The position numbers were made by a program, and so were the translations under genes. Positions 1 to 13,500 of a stretch of DNA of 64,000 bases are shown one piece after another. Numbering within the stretch: the stretch's first letter is position 1; every line of letters begins with the position of its first letter. Source of the stretch: Eledone cirrhosa (Eukaryota); assembly GCA_964016885.1 (NCBI GenBank), contig OZ024741.1, positions 384,028,001 to 384,092,000 on the forward strand, in the 5' to 3' direction. The notes under the pieces were generated by a model. That model was not told the origin of the DNA. It ran no database searches and saw only the letters and a program-made list of their open reading frames with translations.

Positions 1-694
1 ATATATATATATATATATATATATAATGAAAAGGACAGAACAACATGTACCTGGATGTACAATGCCTGAAAACAAAGAATGTATGATCCCAACTTGAACG
101 CCTCTCATCACAAACTTGTTCAATTAGGATTTACCTAATTTAAGAGCTAAACAACAATATCAACAATAACAATAAATACTTTAATAACATAGTCTATATT
201 ATCTGATACACTATATGACCTTATAGAATGACCACCATTTATAGCGTCTTCTTTTAAGATATATTTCATTAATATATTTTCCTTTTAATAATTCTTTGTT
301 GTTGTTGTTACCCCTTCAAGCCATCTCTAATCTAGCTATCTTATTCTGAAAAGCTTTTCAGCTTTGACCAATCCTTATTACTTTAGGAATATATAATTTT
401 CAGACATTTAGCCTAGATATATCTAGGACTACAATATCCAATGTATCTTTACATTTTTAAGATGGTAAGATGGATTTTGGCTGGTTATATTTGTTGGTCT
501 GTTATTTGTTCCTGGCCAAATATAATTGAGGCCTGTCCCTGCTGTTATCAGGCTCTCCAACTAGGAATAGGTCAAGGCCAGAGGTGAAATGTAGGCCTCA
601 TTTCAAACTTCTCATTAAGTATTTCAATAATCAGTGCTAAATACGCATGATTTATATATGGGGTATGGGTATATCTCTGATCGATCGACAAGAT

Positions 695-925
695 CCCAGA
701 CCTCACTCACTTACTAAGTTACTGAGTCAGGTAGACCTCATCAAATCAGACCAAGGAAACAATGTTTCCATTGCTGATACAATCTACCGGTTGCAACTCC
801 CAGCAGAAGGAACAATGTGAAATAAAGTGTCTTGCTCAAGAACACAACACATCAACTGGTACGAGAATTGAACTCGCAACCTCATGATTGTGAATCCAAA
901 TCTCTAACCACTAAGCCACGCAAGT
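695..925 (-). mobile_element. tRNA-derived SINE, family B
   Basis: Reverse complement begins GTGGCTTAGTGGTTAGAG...GAGTTCAATTCTCG (pol III A/B boxes), then GTTGTGTTCTTGAGCAAGACACTTTATTTCAC; the same core occurs at 27445, 36955 and 58265. Confidence 0.75.
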
Positions 926-1262
926 ACATATAGTGTAGATGGTGTACTTGTAAGGAACAGAAGAAAATGAACGAACTAAAAATCAAGTTGTGTAGATACC
1001 CACAAAATCTTCAGTCCATGCTAAGTGGTTTACCTCACAAATGATGAAAGGAAACATAGACATTCCTTTTCATAATAAACAGTAGACAAAAGTTTTTAGC
1101 CCTCTAAAAACACTTTGTACAACAGCACTGTACCGTTGATAAGAAACAAACTGCTGACTTTTCCATTAATGTTTCCAGTATTTTATCATGTTAATTTCCA
1201 ACTTTAAGTCCAAATTCTGACGTGCCTATGATTATAAGAAATATCATTATTTCACTGGGCGA

Positions 1263-1452
1263 GGGCGGTGGATTGACAATATCGTTAGAGCGTCGGACAT
1301 ACTTTGCGGCATATAGTTACGTCCCTTTACACTCTGATTTGCCTTTCATTCTTACGGGGTCGATAAAATAAAATACCAGTACCACACTAGAGTAGATTTA
1401 ATGGACTTTCCGCTCCCCCAAAATTATTGGCCTTGTGCCTAAATTAAACACC
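1263..1452 (+). mobile_element. tRNA-derived SINE, family A
   Basis: GGCGGTG head, TTTGCCTTTCAT(C/T)CTTACGGGGTCGATAAAATAAA core and GGCCTTGTGCC tail; about ten or more copies or fragments in the window. Confidence 0.8.
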
Positions 1453-1471
1453 ATTATTTCACTAGACTTCG

Positions 1472-1662
1472 GGGCGGTGAATTAGCAGTATCGGTAGAGA
1501 GTCGCACGCCATGCTTTTCAGCATAGTTACGTCCCTTTACGATCTGAGTTCAAATCCCGCCGAGGTTAACTTTGCCTTTCATCCTTACGGGGTCGATAAA
1601 ATAAAGTACCAATAATGTACTGGGTAATTGCTGGCCTTGTGCCAAAAGTAGAAACAATTATT
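1472..1662 (+). mobile_element. tRNA-derived SINE, family A (tandem second copy)
   Basis: GGCGGTGAATTAGCAG...GAGTTCAAATCCC B box, the same core, and tail GGCCTTGTGCCAAAAGTAGAAACAATTATT. Confidence 0.85.
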
Positions 1663-1679
1663 TCACTAGACTCCAATCG

Positions 1680-3135
1680 TAGTTTAGTCCTAGGGAAGCA
1701 TAGATAGAGCGAATATAAAACGTCAGGCTGCTGGAACATTTTTGATGCCACAGGGAACCCCTCCATAAAAATTGTCCTCTATGTTCGGCTCTTGTGGCCA
1801 ATAATAAAGAAATCATTATTAATATCGAGCTCCTTTTGAGGTTGAAACCTCTATAATGACCAAGGATTTCCAACAATGCATGTATAGTAAAATTACAAAT
1901 ATAAAATTAAACAAAGGTTACTCAAAAATGCATTAGTTTATTTATCACTGTTTCTCGCGGAACCCCTAGCGACCACTTGCAGAACCCTTGGGTTCTGGTG
2001 AACACCGGTTGAGAAACGCTGGTCTAGAGTTACACCCAACAACTGGCTGCACCAGTTACGAAAAGATGATAAGGAGGAGTAATAAACATTTCAAATGTTT
2101 TCCACTAAGAATGGAGGTTACTCGAACGGAAACTGTAGATTAGCAGATAAAATGTCTGGCAAATTTTAATTTCGTTTCTCTACTTTCGGGGGAAGGTTTA
2201 CAACGAAAACGACTGACTTTCATCTTACTGAGTCGATAAAATAGGTTCCAATGGGTTCATTCAAAACTACAAATGTGTTGCCATGTGTTAAATTAATGTA
2301 TTTATTAGTACAATATTAATACCATATGTAACGACACTGGTGCCACGCTATATCGGCTTTTTTTCCTTTTAATTGGACGGCATCGTTGGTGTGGAGAAAG
2401 AAGACTTCTATTCATGGACGACTGCTGGTATTCCGCAAAACACTCTGCCTAAGTTTCTGCCTTGGAAAGGAACTTTTCAGGGTCAAACAGAAAGTCAGTT
2501 ATAACTTAATGGGGGTCTATTATACCATCTTTCGATTCAACTCTAGTTGTGACATGACAGCTATGTAAATAGTAATTATGTAACATTGTTAACAGCATTG
2601 CTCTGACAGAATATCTCAAGATAACGGAGTTTACAACATTCCACAGCCTGTCATTTATTTATTTTTATTGGAAAATATATTTTCTGAAAACACTCAACTA
2701 CCGACAGAATCTCATAAAAATATCCAAACAGAAAAGATTTTGAAGAGCCTTAAGAGATAATGTTGCCAGAAATTAGGTACAAGCGAATCTCAAGACATAG
2801 GTTCTGGTTGTGTTAACAAGATCTTCTGAATAAAATATTCAAGTATCGACTGTTGCATCAGAAATTCAGACACCCTTCTCGGCTGCTTTGCGTGTTTTAG
2901 GTGTTTCATACTAATTTAGTAGCCATTGATTCAGTTTAGTTATGTGGAAACATATGAGGTCTTATAAACAAAGGGATTTGCCAGCGATGGACTAAAGTTT
3001 TATGAAGGTTGATGGAATTGTATTTCATTTTTGTATTCTATTGAAATCAGAAATCGTGTATCTTGAAAAGTTAATACTGAATAAATATTACAAGGTAATT
3101 GTTGTCTCTCCTACTTTGGTAAAAACAATAAGATC
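1680..3135 (+). pseudogene. Decayed LRR-protein (TLR-like) remnant
   Basis: Scattered LRR-like peptides: DATGNP (1744), VSYNLM (~2494), IFSENTQL, NLVAID, YLEKLILN (ORF 3002-3232); many stops and frameshifts. Confidence 0.35.
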
Positions 3136-3159
3136 GTTATTATTATTATTATTATTTTT

Positions 3160-4800
3160 CAAATCATGCCGAATGCCAACCTGGCACTTGAGGCAAAGTT
3201 TGGAAATACATATATTTTACAATCAATTGTAACATAAATGATGCCACGAGGGTACAAACAACAGTAAATATCCCTGCAAAGTTTTAAAATTGATAATGCC
3301 CTTCTTAGGACATGGGCAGTGCCAGGCAGCATTATTTTCTGTGTCTCTTACAGTGATGGCTTTCCGGGAATCCGGTCCAAATCTTTTTCAGTACTCTTTT
3401 TTTATCATTCCAAGTGCGCCGTCTATCACTGGTATTATACAGGCTTTAAGGTGCCATATTTTCTCAATTTCAATTCATAGATCTTTATACTTACCGAGCT
3501 TTCCAATCTCTTTCGAGATGTTACGATCTGATTGAATGCTCAATTCAATTAAGAAACATCTTTTCTCTTTATGGCCATTCACAATTATATCAGATCTGAT
3601 GGCCTTGATTGTTCTGTCAGTATTTACAGGGAACTCCCAGAAGAGTATTGGGTGGTGGTTGTACCATTTTCCATCTGTTTTCAGACCATAAAACCTGCAC
3701 ATTATCCAGTGTAACTATTGCCCCACTCTATCGTGCCTTGTTTTATATTCCTGGGGAGCTAATACTTTGCAGCCTGAGTTCAGGTGGTCTATGGTCTCAA
3801 CATGAATCGACGCTTTTAGTCAGTCCATTTCTGATCACATTGGTTTGAAAGTTGCGCATTGGGAGACACTAGTCTTGTGCAACCAAAATGAAGCTCTTAT
3901 TCTCTGCCCTTTGCCCAGAACTCTGCAGCCACTGATGGGTGAGAGCTTGATCTACCTCGAGTTCTTTGCTACGGAGAACATACTACCCATGCAGTGGTTT
4001 TTATTCCCATTTAGTGTACAGTCTCCGTTGGTCTTCATATTTTGCCAACACTTTGATATTGTTTGCAGCTTTAATTTCAGAGTCACCTTTATCATTTTCA
4101 AACTGTATTCCCAGTTCTACTGCAAACTTCCGACTTTCCTTTGTGACTGAATGTAATATCTTCCTCCCTTCGTGAACTGCGACCATTTTCATCATCCAGT
4201 CTTCTGTGGTTTTAATGTACTGATTGAGTCAAATGGTTGATATCCTGTATTAAAGCTCTAGCTGGATCATTCCTCTATCTAAGTCTTGTCTAGTGAGATA
4301 GAGGCAATCCGCATCTGCTTTTGGGTGATGTATTCTATTACAGTTAAAATGTTTCCTGATTTTGGTATCCATTTTCTTAATTTCGATAACGTGCGAATTT
4401 ATAATATTAAAACTGTAGGTGAATACAGGGATTGCAAGCACATTTATGGCGGATAATTTATTTCTCGAGTTAAGCTCTGTTTTCCCGACAGCACGTACTC
4501 TCCGGTAGCATTCTTTGCTGATTCTCTCTTTCATGCTGGCATGGTGAATACCTTGTCCTTCATTGATCCCTAGATATTTGTAGGCTCTTGTTCTAGTTCC
4601 CTAAATACCGTATTTACATATATTTCCATTGAGTTTGTGCTTGTTATTCTACCTATTTTTAATGTTGCTTTGGCACATTTTTCCAGTCCAAACTCCATCC
4701 CCACACCATCGAGGAACATCGCTGAACAGTCCTTACTGTTCGTTGTAATTTTTGGCATGCAGCTTCGTCATCCATATGAAACAGGTACCTTATTTTTTTA
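3160..4800 (-). mobile_element. R4/Dong-clade LINE, decayed 3' half (RT C-terminus + RLE endonuclease)
   Basis: ORF pieces GMEFGLEKCAK, RIHHPKADADCLYL..GMIQLE and IRSDIIV...CFLIELSI...KYKDL (RLE motif); 3' end lies beside (TTA)n at 3137-3155. Confidence 0.85.
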
Positions 4801-4829
4801 CTGTCTATTTTATAACCATATTTTGTTTT

Positions 4830-6383
4830 GTTGTGTGCTAAAGACAGCGGTGTGAGGACGTGTTCCTATCGGCTTGTATACGTTTGTCTTTTTTCCCTTG
4901 TTTACAAGGGCTTTTTTGTCAATTCTTTTGTCACAGCCTGTTTGTATGGTGCCTGACTTGAAGGCGACCACAATATATTTGGGCCTTTGGACCAAATGTT
5001 GTATTTTCTTCTTGGAAAAACACCCACAAAAAATGTTCAAAAAGAAATAAGGCAGTAAATCTCACCTCCCTTTCCATGTGGTAGAGCACAAGAATTTCAC
5101 ACGAGAAAAGTGCGTCTTTTCAGTATGTAAGACGTAAAGCTGAATATAAATTATGCCACCATCACCACCACACCCATTAACACCAACGCCAGTACAGATA
5201 CTACCACCACCGCTACCAACAGCATTAACACCAGTATCAAAAGCAGCAGCAGCAGCAGCAACAACAACAACAACAGTAAGAGTTACAGCAACAACAGCAG
5301 CAACAAAGGCAACAACAATAACGAGAACAACTAGAACAACAAAACAAAAGCAACAGCAGTAGCAGAGATAACGAGCCCTCAAAGTCGACAGGAGCCACCC
5401 AAGCGACCATGTAGAAAGGGTCCATATCAGCGACAAGGAGGCCAAGGGTCAGTTTCAACTATCCACCCGACGTCATCAAAACAGACGCCTGTGTACGGTC
5501 TCATGCCGTACAATTGGACACAATTTGTGCCGGATGGAATGGGTGACCGAGTCTCCCAATTCCAAAGGAATATAGATGCCGTCTGGGCACAAAATATACA
5601 TAGTCTGGTGGACAAAATATGGCACTATGGACATTCTCTTTGCTACCCCCTGGAGAAGCCAGGGCACACTGGATCACGCCACTCTGCAGCGAAGATATCA
5701 CCATGGTGCCGACGTACTGCGGCCAAAAGGTTGTTAGGTCCGGGTGACACAGTTTTCGCCCTCAATAGAGATCTTTTTGCTGATGGCGACCATCCTCACT
5801 GACGTAGAAGAGACGACCACCATTTTGGACGTCATAAAAATAAAGCAAGGAAACTGGTCAGGATCGGAGTGGAGCTTCTAATCCAGTCAGTCTATGAAAA
5901 TATAGAGGCAGTCACCTACCCGCGACCGCCGGGGGTAAAGGCCAAAGTGTCACGGGTGTGGAGACAAAACGCATCTAAAGACCTTCTGCCCCAAACTAAG
6001 CCAGATGTAAAGTTTGTTTCCCTCTCATCTGTTTTCCTCCTATCTTATCCAACAGGACTTCTCCCAAGATAGGCAGTATAAACGCAGATGGCCTGCGGTC
6101 ATCTTGGAAGCAGGGCCACCTTCTCAACGACCTTAGGTCGCTCAACATAGATGTGGTGGCCATTAGCGAGACGAGAATCACCGAGGTACTAGCATTCGCA
6201 CACATTTTTGGCGGCTATGAGGTGTATACATCTCCAAGCCGTCCGGGATCTGGTGTAGGAGTGGCAGTGTGTGACCGGAGAGGTCTGGATCTCGAGATAC
6301 GGGCCATCTTGTTGGACACAAAAAACAAGTTGGTGGTGTTGCACGTGACCAGGGGAGAAGGCCACACTTTCAGACTAGTGACC
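4830..6383 (+). mobile_element. Tx1/L1-like LINE, diverged relative, 3'-truncated (ORF1 + start of APE endonuclease)
   Basis: ELLIQ..ENIE matches ORF1 of the 8418 element; TGGAAGCAGGGCCACC..CTCAACGACCT and VAISETRI match its APE start. Confidence 0.8.
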
Positions 6384-6384
6384 G

Positions 6385-7702
6385 TCACGTTGATGCTAAT
6401 TGTTCTTGCCCCTTTGCTTTTGCCATTAATCTTATATGTTTAGCAGCATCAGTTGTAGCGGTTTCCTTAGTCTGTCCAACTTGGGTATCAAGCATAGATT
6501 AGTAGCATATATTTTGCTCGCCTTCAAGACAGAATGGAGCTGTTTACTTCTCGCATGTTTTTCAACGAGTTTCAGTATAAGTCGTTTGTTGTTTCAAGGT
6601 ATTTGACCAATCAAATAGTGGTGTTCTTGTGGGTAAGTTCAAATTGGACCAGGCCACGGCCTCCGTAAGTTCTAGGAAGGTAAAGACGATCCACATTTGC
6701 CTTCGGCGGGTGCATCCAATTGCAAGTCAGTAACTTACGGATTTAGGTGTCGATTCTTTTAATTTCACTCATATTCCAGTTCAACACCCCGAAGCTATAA
6801 GTGACAACTGGAACTCCCAATTAATTTATGGCTAACACCTTGTTATGAGCATTTAGTTCTGATCTCAGAACTGCACGTACCCTCCTGCAACAATCCTTGC
6901 TGAATGCTAGAGCCTTCATTAATCCCTAAGTATTTATAGGTTTGTTCCTGCTAAAGTTTCTTTATGACTATTTCAGTATCTAATTCAACTAAGTTTGAGT
7001 TGACAAGCTTCCCCTTCTTGAAAGTGGCTTTGGCACACTTATCAAGTCCAAACTCCATCCTGATATCATCACTAAATGTTTTTACTGTCCGCAAAAGCCT
7101 TCCAGCTCGTCATTGTCTTTGCAATATAGCTTTAGAATATCCATATAAAATTAGTGGCTTATTTTCTTGTTGTCAATTTTGAACCATACCCTGTTCTATT
7201 AAGTTCGGATGTAAGGGGTATTAAAGCTATGCAAAAACTTAAGGGTGACAGCGAGTCACCTTGGAAAATGCCACAGTTGATGTTTATATTCTTAGAATTT
7301 AGTACTCCATTGGAATGAAATAATTGGAGATTTGTGTTCCATAATGACATATTATGTCTCAGAAAGTTTGAAATTACAAGGGAGATGTGGAAGATGTCTA
7401 GTGATTTCAGAATCCATGAGTACGGTATGCTGTCAAAAGCTTTTTTGTAATCTATCCATGCGGAACTTATTATGACAGTTCTCAAGGATCATATTATTAA
7501 TCAAGAGTTGATCTTTACAACCATATGAACCTCGTCGACACCCTTTTTGTTCAATGGGGAAAAGAGTGTTCTTCTCCAAAATACGTACTCCGTGAGAATA
7601 GAGGTTAATAGCTTATAAGTGGTGGACAAGCAGATTATGGGCCGATAGTTTTTTTTATCTTTAGTTTCATTGTTCTTTGGGAGAAGGTAAGTAATGCCAC
7701 TT
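6385..7702 (-). mobile_element. R4/Dong-clade LINE RT fragment
   Basis: WIDYKKAFDSIPYSW...GIFQGDSLSPL (7159-7485); YRPIICLS upstream; frameshifted. Confidence 0.85.
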
Positions 7703-7715
7703 CCTATTATTATTA

Positions 7716-8293
7716 CAGTTTCATTTATCTTGCTTTATGTTCATACGAGTTATCACCAAGTCACAACCAGTGACCTCAAGAGACAACAAAGTCCGCAATG
7801 TTCAAGAAAGAACATACATACACACACATGCATCTTTAGGTGTTTAGACTTGTGATGTACTTATATTGACAGAATCTTCCTTAGTATATGGGCAGTTCCC
7901 ATTAGTACTATCTTTTGTATATCTTCTATACGCGGGTTTACTGGGATTAGGGATAAGTAATCATTAGACCCCTTATGTATCATTCCTAGAGCGCCTACAA
8001 CCACTGGTATTATTTTAGTTCTCAACTTACACATTATTACTGTTATAATTATTTCATTTATTTTGCTTTATGTTCATACGAGTTATCACCAAGTCACAAC
8101 CAGTGACCTCAAGAGACAACAAGGTCCGCCATGTTCAAGAAAGAACATACATACACACACATGTATCTTTAGTTGTTTAGACTTGTGATGTATTTATATT
8201 GACAGAATCTTCCTTAGTATATGGGCAGTTCCCATTTCTACTATCTTTTGTATTTCTTCTATACGCGGATTTCCTGGGTTTTGGGATAAGTAA
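7716..8293 (-). mobile_element. Two tandem 5'-truncated 3' ends (~7716-8035, ~8052-8293) of the Dong-like family at 18928
   Basis: Near-identical to 18928-19245 (TTGCTTTATGTTCATACGAGTTATCACCAAGTCACAACC...); each is bounded by TTA repeats. Confidence 0.85.
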
Positions 8294-8310
8294 TTATTAT
8301 TATTATTACT

Positions 8311-8417
8311 TGATTTTGCCTTTCATCCTTACGGGGTCGAAAAAATAAAGTACCAGTAATGCACTGGGTATTGCTGGCCTTGTGCCTAAAGTAGAAACAA
8401 TTATTATTATTATTATT
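8311..8417 (+). mobile_element. SINE family A 3' half with (ATT)n tail
   Basis: TTTGCCTTTCATCCTTACGGGGTCGA...GGCCTTGTGCCTAAAGTAGAAACA(ATT)n. Confidence 0.85.
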
Positions 8418-8630
8418 GGCGACCTACGTAGGAAATCGTATCATCGTGAGCTCTGCAAAGGTTTGTTGTTTTCGTTTGTTTAAAATTGCCATTTATGGAA
8501 AAAAAATTTTGTTAACTGTTTATAAGGTCACAAAATTTGCTTTCGCAAAAGGACACTCAAAAAGATTGGGGCCTTGAGCCCAAAATTTAAACTTTTATAA
8601 TTATCAAACAAAAATTTCTTTGAAAAAATC

Positions 8631-10562
8631 ATGGACGACTCACAGTCATACCTTCCTCACAAACTAACACCTCACACCGACACCACCATTGTAAGTATTA
8701 CTACGTTTGCCAACACTAAAAATATAAGCAGTAACAATAATTTAAATTTGTCTCATGCAGACATTCATTTCCCGCCATTACCAATGACTGCAGGTGTTGA
8801 AGCCGCCACCCCCACCACCACCACCACAGCGACAACAGAAACAAAATAAAAAAATAAATTATCTCGTGACATCGAAATGGATTCACCCAGAATCGACTCT
8901 TCCACACCGAACACCACTGACGCCACCACCACCACAACTGAAACTAAAATTAACAATAACAAAAATAACAATAACAACAACAGCAACAACAACAATGAGA
9001 ATAACATCGTGTCATTTGCGAAGGCAGCCAAAAAATGCGAAACAATCCAGGTAACTCAGGAGGAATTAGATGAAGCCAAGAGAATGGTAAAGAAAGATGA
9101 GTACAGGGTCAGCCAACCCCCCCCCCCTCCCCCCACACACCAAATAAAATGGAGCATCGGCGCCTATTCACTGTGTCTTATCGGACGATTAACATAAAAT
9201 CGCGCCGAGTAGAACGGGCATCTGAGTCCCAAATCCCAAAAGCTTTGGGACATGTGTGGGCAAAAAACCCCCACATCAGATGTGGTCAGAAATATGGAAC
9301 CGTGGACGTGTTCTTTGGAACACCACAGGAGGCCAGAGAACACTCCATGGCCCCATTAAGAAGTCACGACTTCACATTCGTCCCAAGCTATTGTGGCCAA
9401 AGACTCGTGAAGATCAGGGTCACCCACGTTCCACCGGCCATCGAAATTCCCTGGCTATTGGCTGTCGTCCTCGCCGGCATCGAGGCCAACACCAAGATAA
9501 TTGAAATAGCGAAAGAAAAGCAGGAGAACTGGTCCGGATCTGGGATGGAGCTCCTGATCCAAGCGGACCAAAAAAGCATTGAGGAGATCCAAGAGGTAAT
9601 AGACCTCACTGACGGCAGCCACCTTACCGTAATCGTCGAAGAGAGAAGGCCTAGGTGTGTCGTTTGTGGTGAAGGAACCCACCTAAGGGCTTTCTGCCCT
9701 CAGGCTAAAAAGTTGAAGCCACCTCTCTTACCCACCCCAGTGACTCAACCATCAACACCACCAGCAGCAGAAATGGCAGCAACAAAAGAAGCAACTGTAG
9801 CAGCAACAACCCCAGCAACAGTAGCAAAACCAATACCACCACCACCCAACGCGCCAGAACTAGCACCAGCGCCTACACCATCCACCATGCTACAACTAAA
9901 CCCAACGCCTGTGGAGAATTTTCCACTCCCCGACCTATCGCAACTGGAGACAGATTGTGACGACGAGAAGTGGGAAACGGTATCAGGAAAAAAGAAAAAA
10001 AGAAAAAGAAACCAAAAAAGAAAAAATCCTCTTCCTTCCCCCTCCAAAAACAAAATACAGAAGGAAACAAATAAACTATCAAACAAAAAAGTTAAGACAG
10101 CTATGCCACCATCCACACCAGCATCACCAACCCCATCACCACAAACACCAACACCATCACCATCATTAACCCCAACACCATCATCACCAACACCACAAAA
10201 GTCACCAAAAAGCGAAACAGAAACAAACCCACAACAAACGCAAACAAAACAAAACAACCAAAACGATACACACTACACAGCATTAAATTTGAACAACAAC
10301 CAACTATTACCCTACATCCAACACAACACCAGCATCACAGAAAAAGACTACACAACACCCCTAAAGTTTACACCACCACCACACATACAAATCACTCGCA
10401 TCACAGAAAACGCACGCGACACTAAAACAGAAATTCCCCAAAGACATCGGAGACTTCCGACAAGCACTCTCCAGAAGGATTTATAAGAACATCCTTCCGG
10501 AGGAGGCCAGAAGCAGTGAAAAGGATGGAGAAATCATCCTTCCTCTACGAGAAGTAAGGTAA
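8631..10562 (+). pseudogene. Tx1-like ORF1 (CCHC zinc knuckle, Pro/Thr-rich tail), disrupted
   Basis: RCVVCGEGTHLRAFC knuckle in ORF 9149-10486. Stop at 8847, frameshift at the poly-C near 9120 and another near 10415, judged by comparison with copy 2. Confidence 0.85.
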
Positions 10563-10595
10563 GTGGTCTTCCCATCTTTTCCACTCCATTTCAAC

Positions 10596-13500
10596 ATGAC
10601 CTCACTCAGAATAGGCAGCATAAATGCGCGTGGCTTGGAGTCGTCATGGAAGCAGGGCCACCTGCTCAACGACCTCAGGTCACTAAACATAGATGTAGTG
10701 GCCATCAGCGAGACAAGAATCTCCGAAGCACGGGCCTTCGCACAATTTCTTCGGCGGCTACGATGTGTGCGAATCTCCCAGCCGTCCGGGATCGGGGGGA
10801 GGAGTTGCTGTGCTTTTTCGGAGAGGTCTGGATCTCGCCATACGGGCCATCTTCCTGGATCCAGAAGGTAAGTTGGGGGTGCTGGATGTGACCAGCGGAA
10901 ACGGGCAAGCTTTCAGGTTAGTGGCCGTCTATGCCCCGACAGGAGCAGGGCGGCCTGATTTCTTCCGGCGTCTGGAGACCTTTCTTGGAACGTCCCGCTC
11001 TTTAGTGTTAGTGGGCGACTGGAACGGGATCTTAGATGCACGCTGGGACTCTGTGGGATTAGCGGATAGGGGAGGAGGGTGCAAGCGCCTCACCAACCTG
11101 CTCAGGCGTTTTGAACTGTCTGACAGGTACCGATTGGATTCCCGAATGTGCCAATGTGGACTTGGACAAACCGCATAGTCTCATCCAGATCATATCTAGA
11201 TAGAGTATTTTGTAGGGAAATAGATAGGTCTAGCATAGGCTGTCCACAATTCAAGACAGCTACACGAACCACAAATTCGTGATCTGTGTACTTGAATTAG
11301 ATAGGCTTCATAGACGAGGACCCGGCTACTGGAAGCTAAACGGGTCCTTACCAGCGCGTAAAGCCTACAGAGACCGGATTAGCGAACTAGATAAGCGGGC
11401 TTTGACGGGGGCCGTCGTCAACAACAAGTAGCGGTTTGCGTTGAAAAGAACGATTAGAATAGAGTCCATTAGGTTTAGTAAGGCTTAAGCAATAGAGAAA
11501 AGTAGAGCAGAGGGAGAACTAGTTAGAAAATTTGAAGAGGCGCTTAGCAAAGGCATCGCCACCGACGTAGTTGCGGCGAAATTGGCCCTTGACCAATTCT
11601 TCAAAGCAAAGCACGAAGTCTCTGTTGTCAGAGCTAGGGTGCGTGCTCTCGATACGAGGGGACGAAAGCCGTTCAATGGGCCCGAGTGGCGGAGGCGCGT
11701 CGTGGCAACAAAGCCATGATCCGGTCTTTGGTGGACCACGACGGGCGCATGCTACTCAATCCCGGGCAAATGTGTGAAACCTTTCAGCGACACTTCGCTC
11801 AGCTGTTCGGGGGCAGCGGCGGGCCGGATCGAGGGATGGACTTTAGTGTCTACCTCGACGGACAACCGCGGCCACTGAAGCGGAGTGTTACGAAAAGCCG
11901 ATAACAGCCGCTGAAGTACGGGAGGCAATGACTGGCTGCACAAGGGGTAAATCGCCTGGTTTGGATGGTCTGCCCTATGAATTTTACGTACGATGCCAGA
12001 CTTGTTCGGAGGCCTCTTGGCGGACGTCTACTGCAACTGGCAACAGAACGGGAGAATTCCCAGCTCTGAGAAAGGATCCGAACAAGGGGGATAACATAGA
12101 TAATTTCAGGCCCATAACTCTGCTAAACAGAGAGTTGAAGGTTTTGGCCAAGGTGCTAGCAAAGAGGTTGGCGCTTGTCGTTGGTGATCTGGTGGGAGAG
12201 GCGCAGACATGCGCCATTGCCGACAGATCCATCCACGACAACCTCCACCTCATGCGATACATCGTGGAGAGTGTAGTTAAGGAACCTGGCACGGGTGGGT
12301 CCTTTATCAATTTAGATAAGTCGAAAGCTTTCGATAGGGTCGACCATCGTTACCTAGCGGCAGTCCTGAGGGCGGCTGACTTTGGGCCCGTCTTCAGAGG
12401 CTGGATCGCTGCCATGCACAGCGACATCTGCTCTGTGATGAGAGTGAACGGTCACCTTTCGGAACCGTTCAACATCATGCGCTCGGTCCGCCAAGGATGT
12501 CCCCTCTCGTCCCTCTTGTACGTATTGACTCTCGAGCCATTACTGCACAAACTGGACACGTTGAGGGGAATCCCGCGCGAACTAGGATGCGAAAGATCCG
12601 TGTCAGCATATGGGGACGATATCACCGTAGTGGTGTCGAATGCCAAACACATCGAGGCGATCGGCACTACACTAAGAGAATACGAAGCGGTGACAGGAGC
12701 AATGATCAACCAGAAAAAGTCAGTGGGCCTGCAGTTCGGCACCTGGAGAGGCAGGTCCATGCCCTCCACCTGCGTGGACGGGCGCTGAACGGACGGATCG
12801 TTAAATTGCTAGGGGTCTGGTTCGGTACGGACCTCCAGACGGACAAAAACTGAGACGAGGTGACGAGCAGGGTGGCTTCTGTCACCCAGAAATGTGCGGA
12901 GCGGAAGCTATCCCTGAAAGGTCGAGCGGAGGTGGCTAACGCGTACATCGCGTCCGTCATCTACTACCGCCTGACTGTCGCACCTTGTCCTAAGCCTCGC
13001 CTGACTGCGCTGGAGCATTTGCTCTTTCGCTTTTTGTCGAAGGGACGCACTCCGATGGTCAGGCGGTCCATCTGCTGTCAACACCCGCTACGTGGAGGGC
13101 TGGGCATACCGTGGCTGATGATGCGCAGACACGCGTTCAGGTTACGACATCTCCACCTCTTCCTCGACGGTGATCAGGTGTGGTCGTTGTTTGCTAGTCG
13201 CGTCTTTCCCCAGCTCGTCTCCTTGACGGAGCTGCAGTCCTGGGTCAAGCGAAGACCGAGATGGAGCGCTTGGAGACTGGAACGTCTTCAGGCGCTCACA
13301 GCCTTCGACCAATCGGGCAATGTGATCGGTGGAAACTCCACCTTGCCGTTCTATAAAGGATTAGTGGAGGGAAAGAGCGACGACGTACTTGGAGAAACTC
13401 TAGGCGTCGACGAAAATCAACTAACCAATCTCTTCGGAAGGACTTTCGGGCCGGGGCCTATGGACAACTTCCAGAAATCCTTGGCCTGGCAGTGCTACCG

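Noticed and set aside
1472-1560. tRNA genes at SINE heads
   Set aside because: A/B boxes are present but there is no complete cloverleaf, and they are followed by a SINE core and tail.
930-3130. Minus-strand TLR reading (IAGNPF, PP.KL, NVYVSF)
   Set aside because: Needs many ad hoc frameshifts, and the plus strand gives equal or better LRR words. This shows the over-fitting risk in AT-rich DNA.
9745-10257. Antisense Gly/Val-rich ORFs over LINE ORF1/ORF2 (and similar overlaps elsewhere)
   Set aside because: Shadow frames of low-complexity or GC-rich TE coding sequence.
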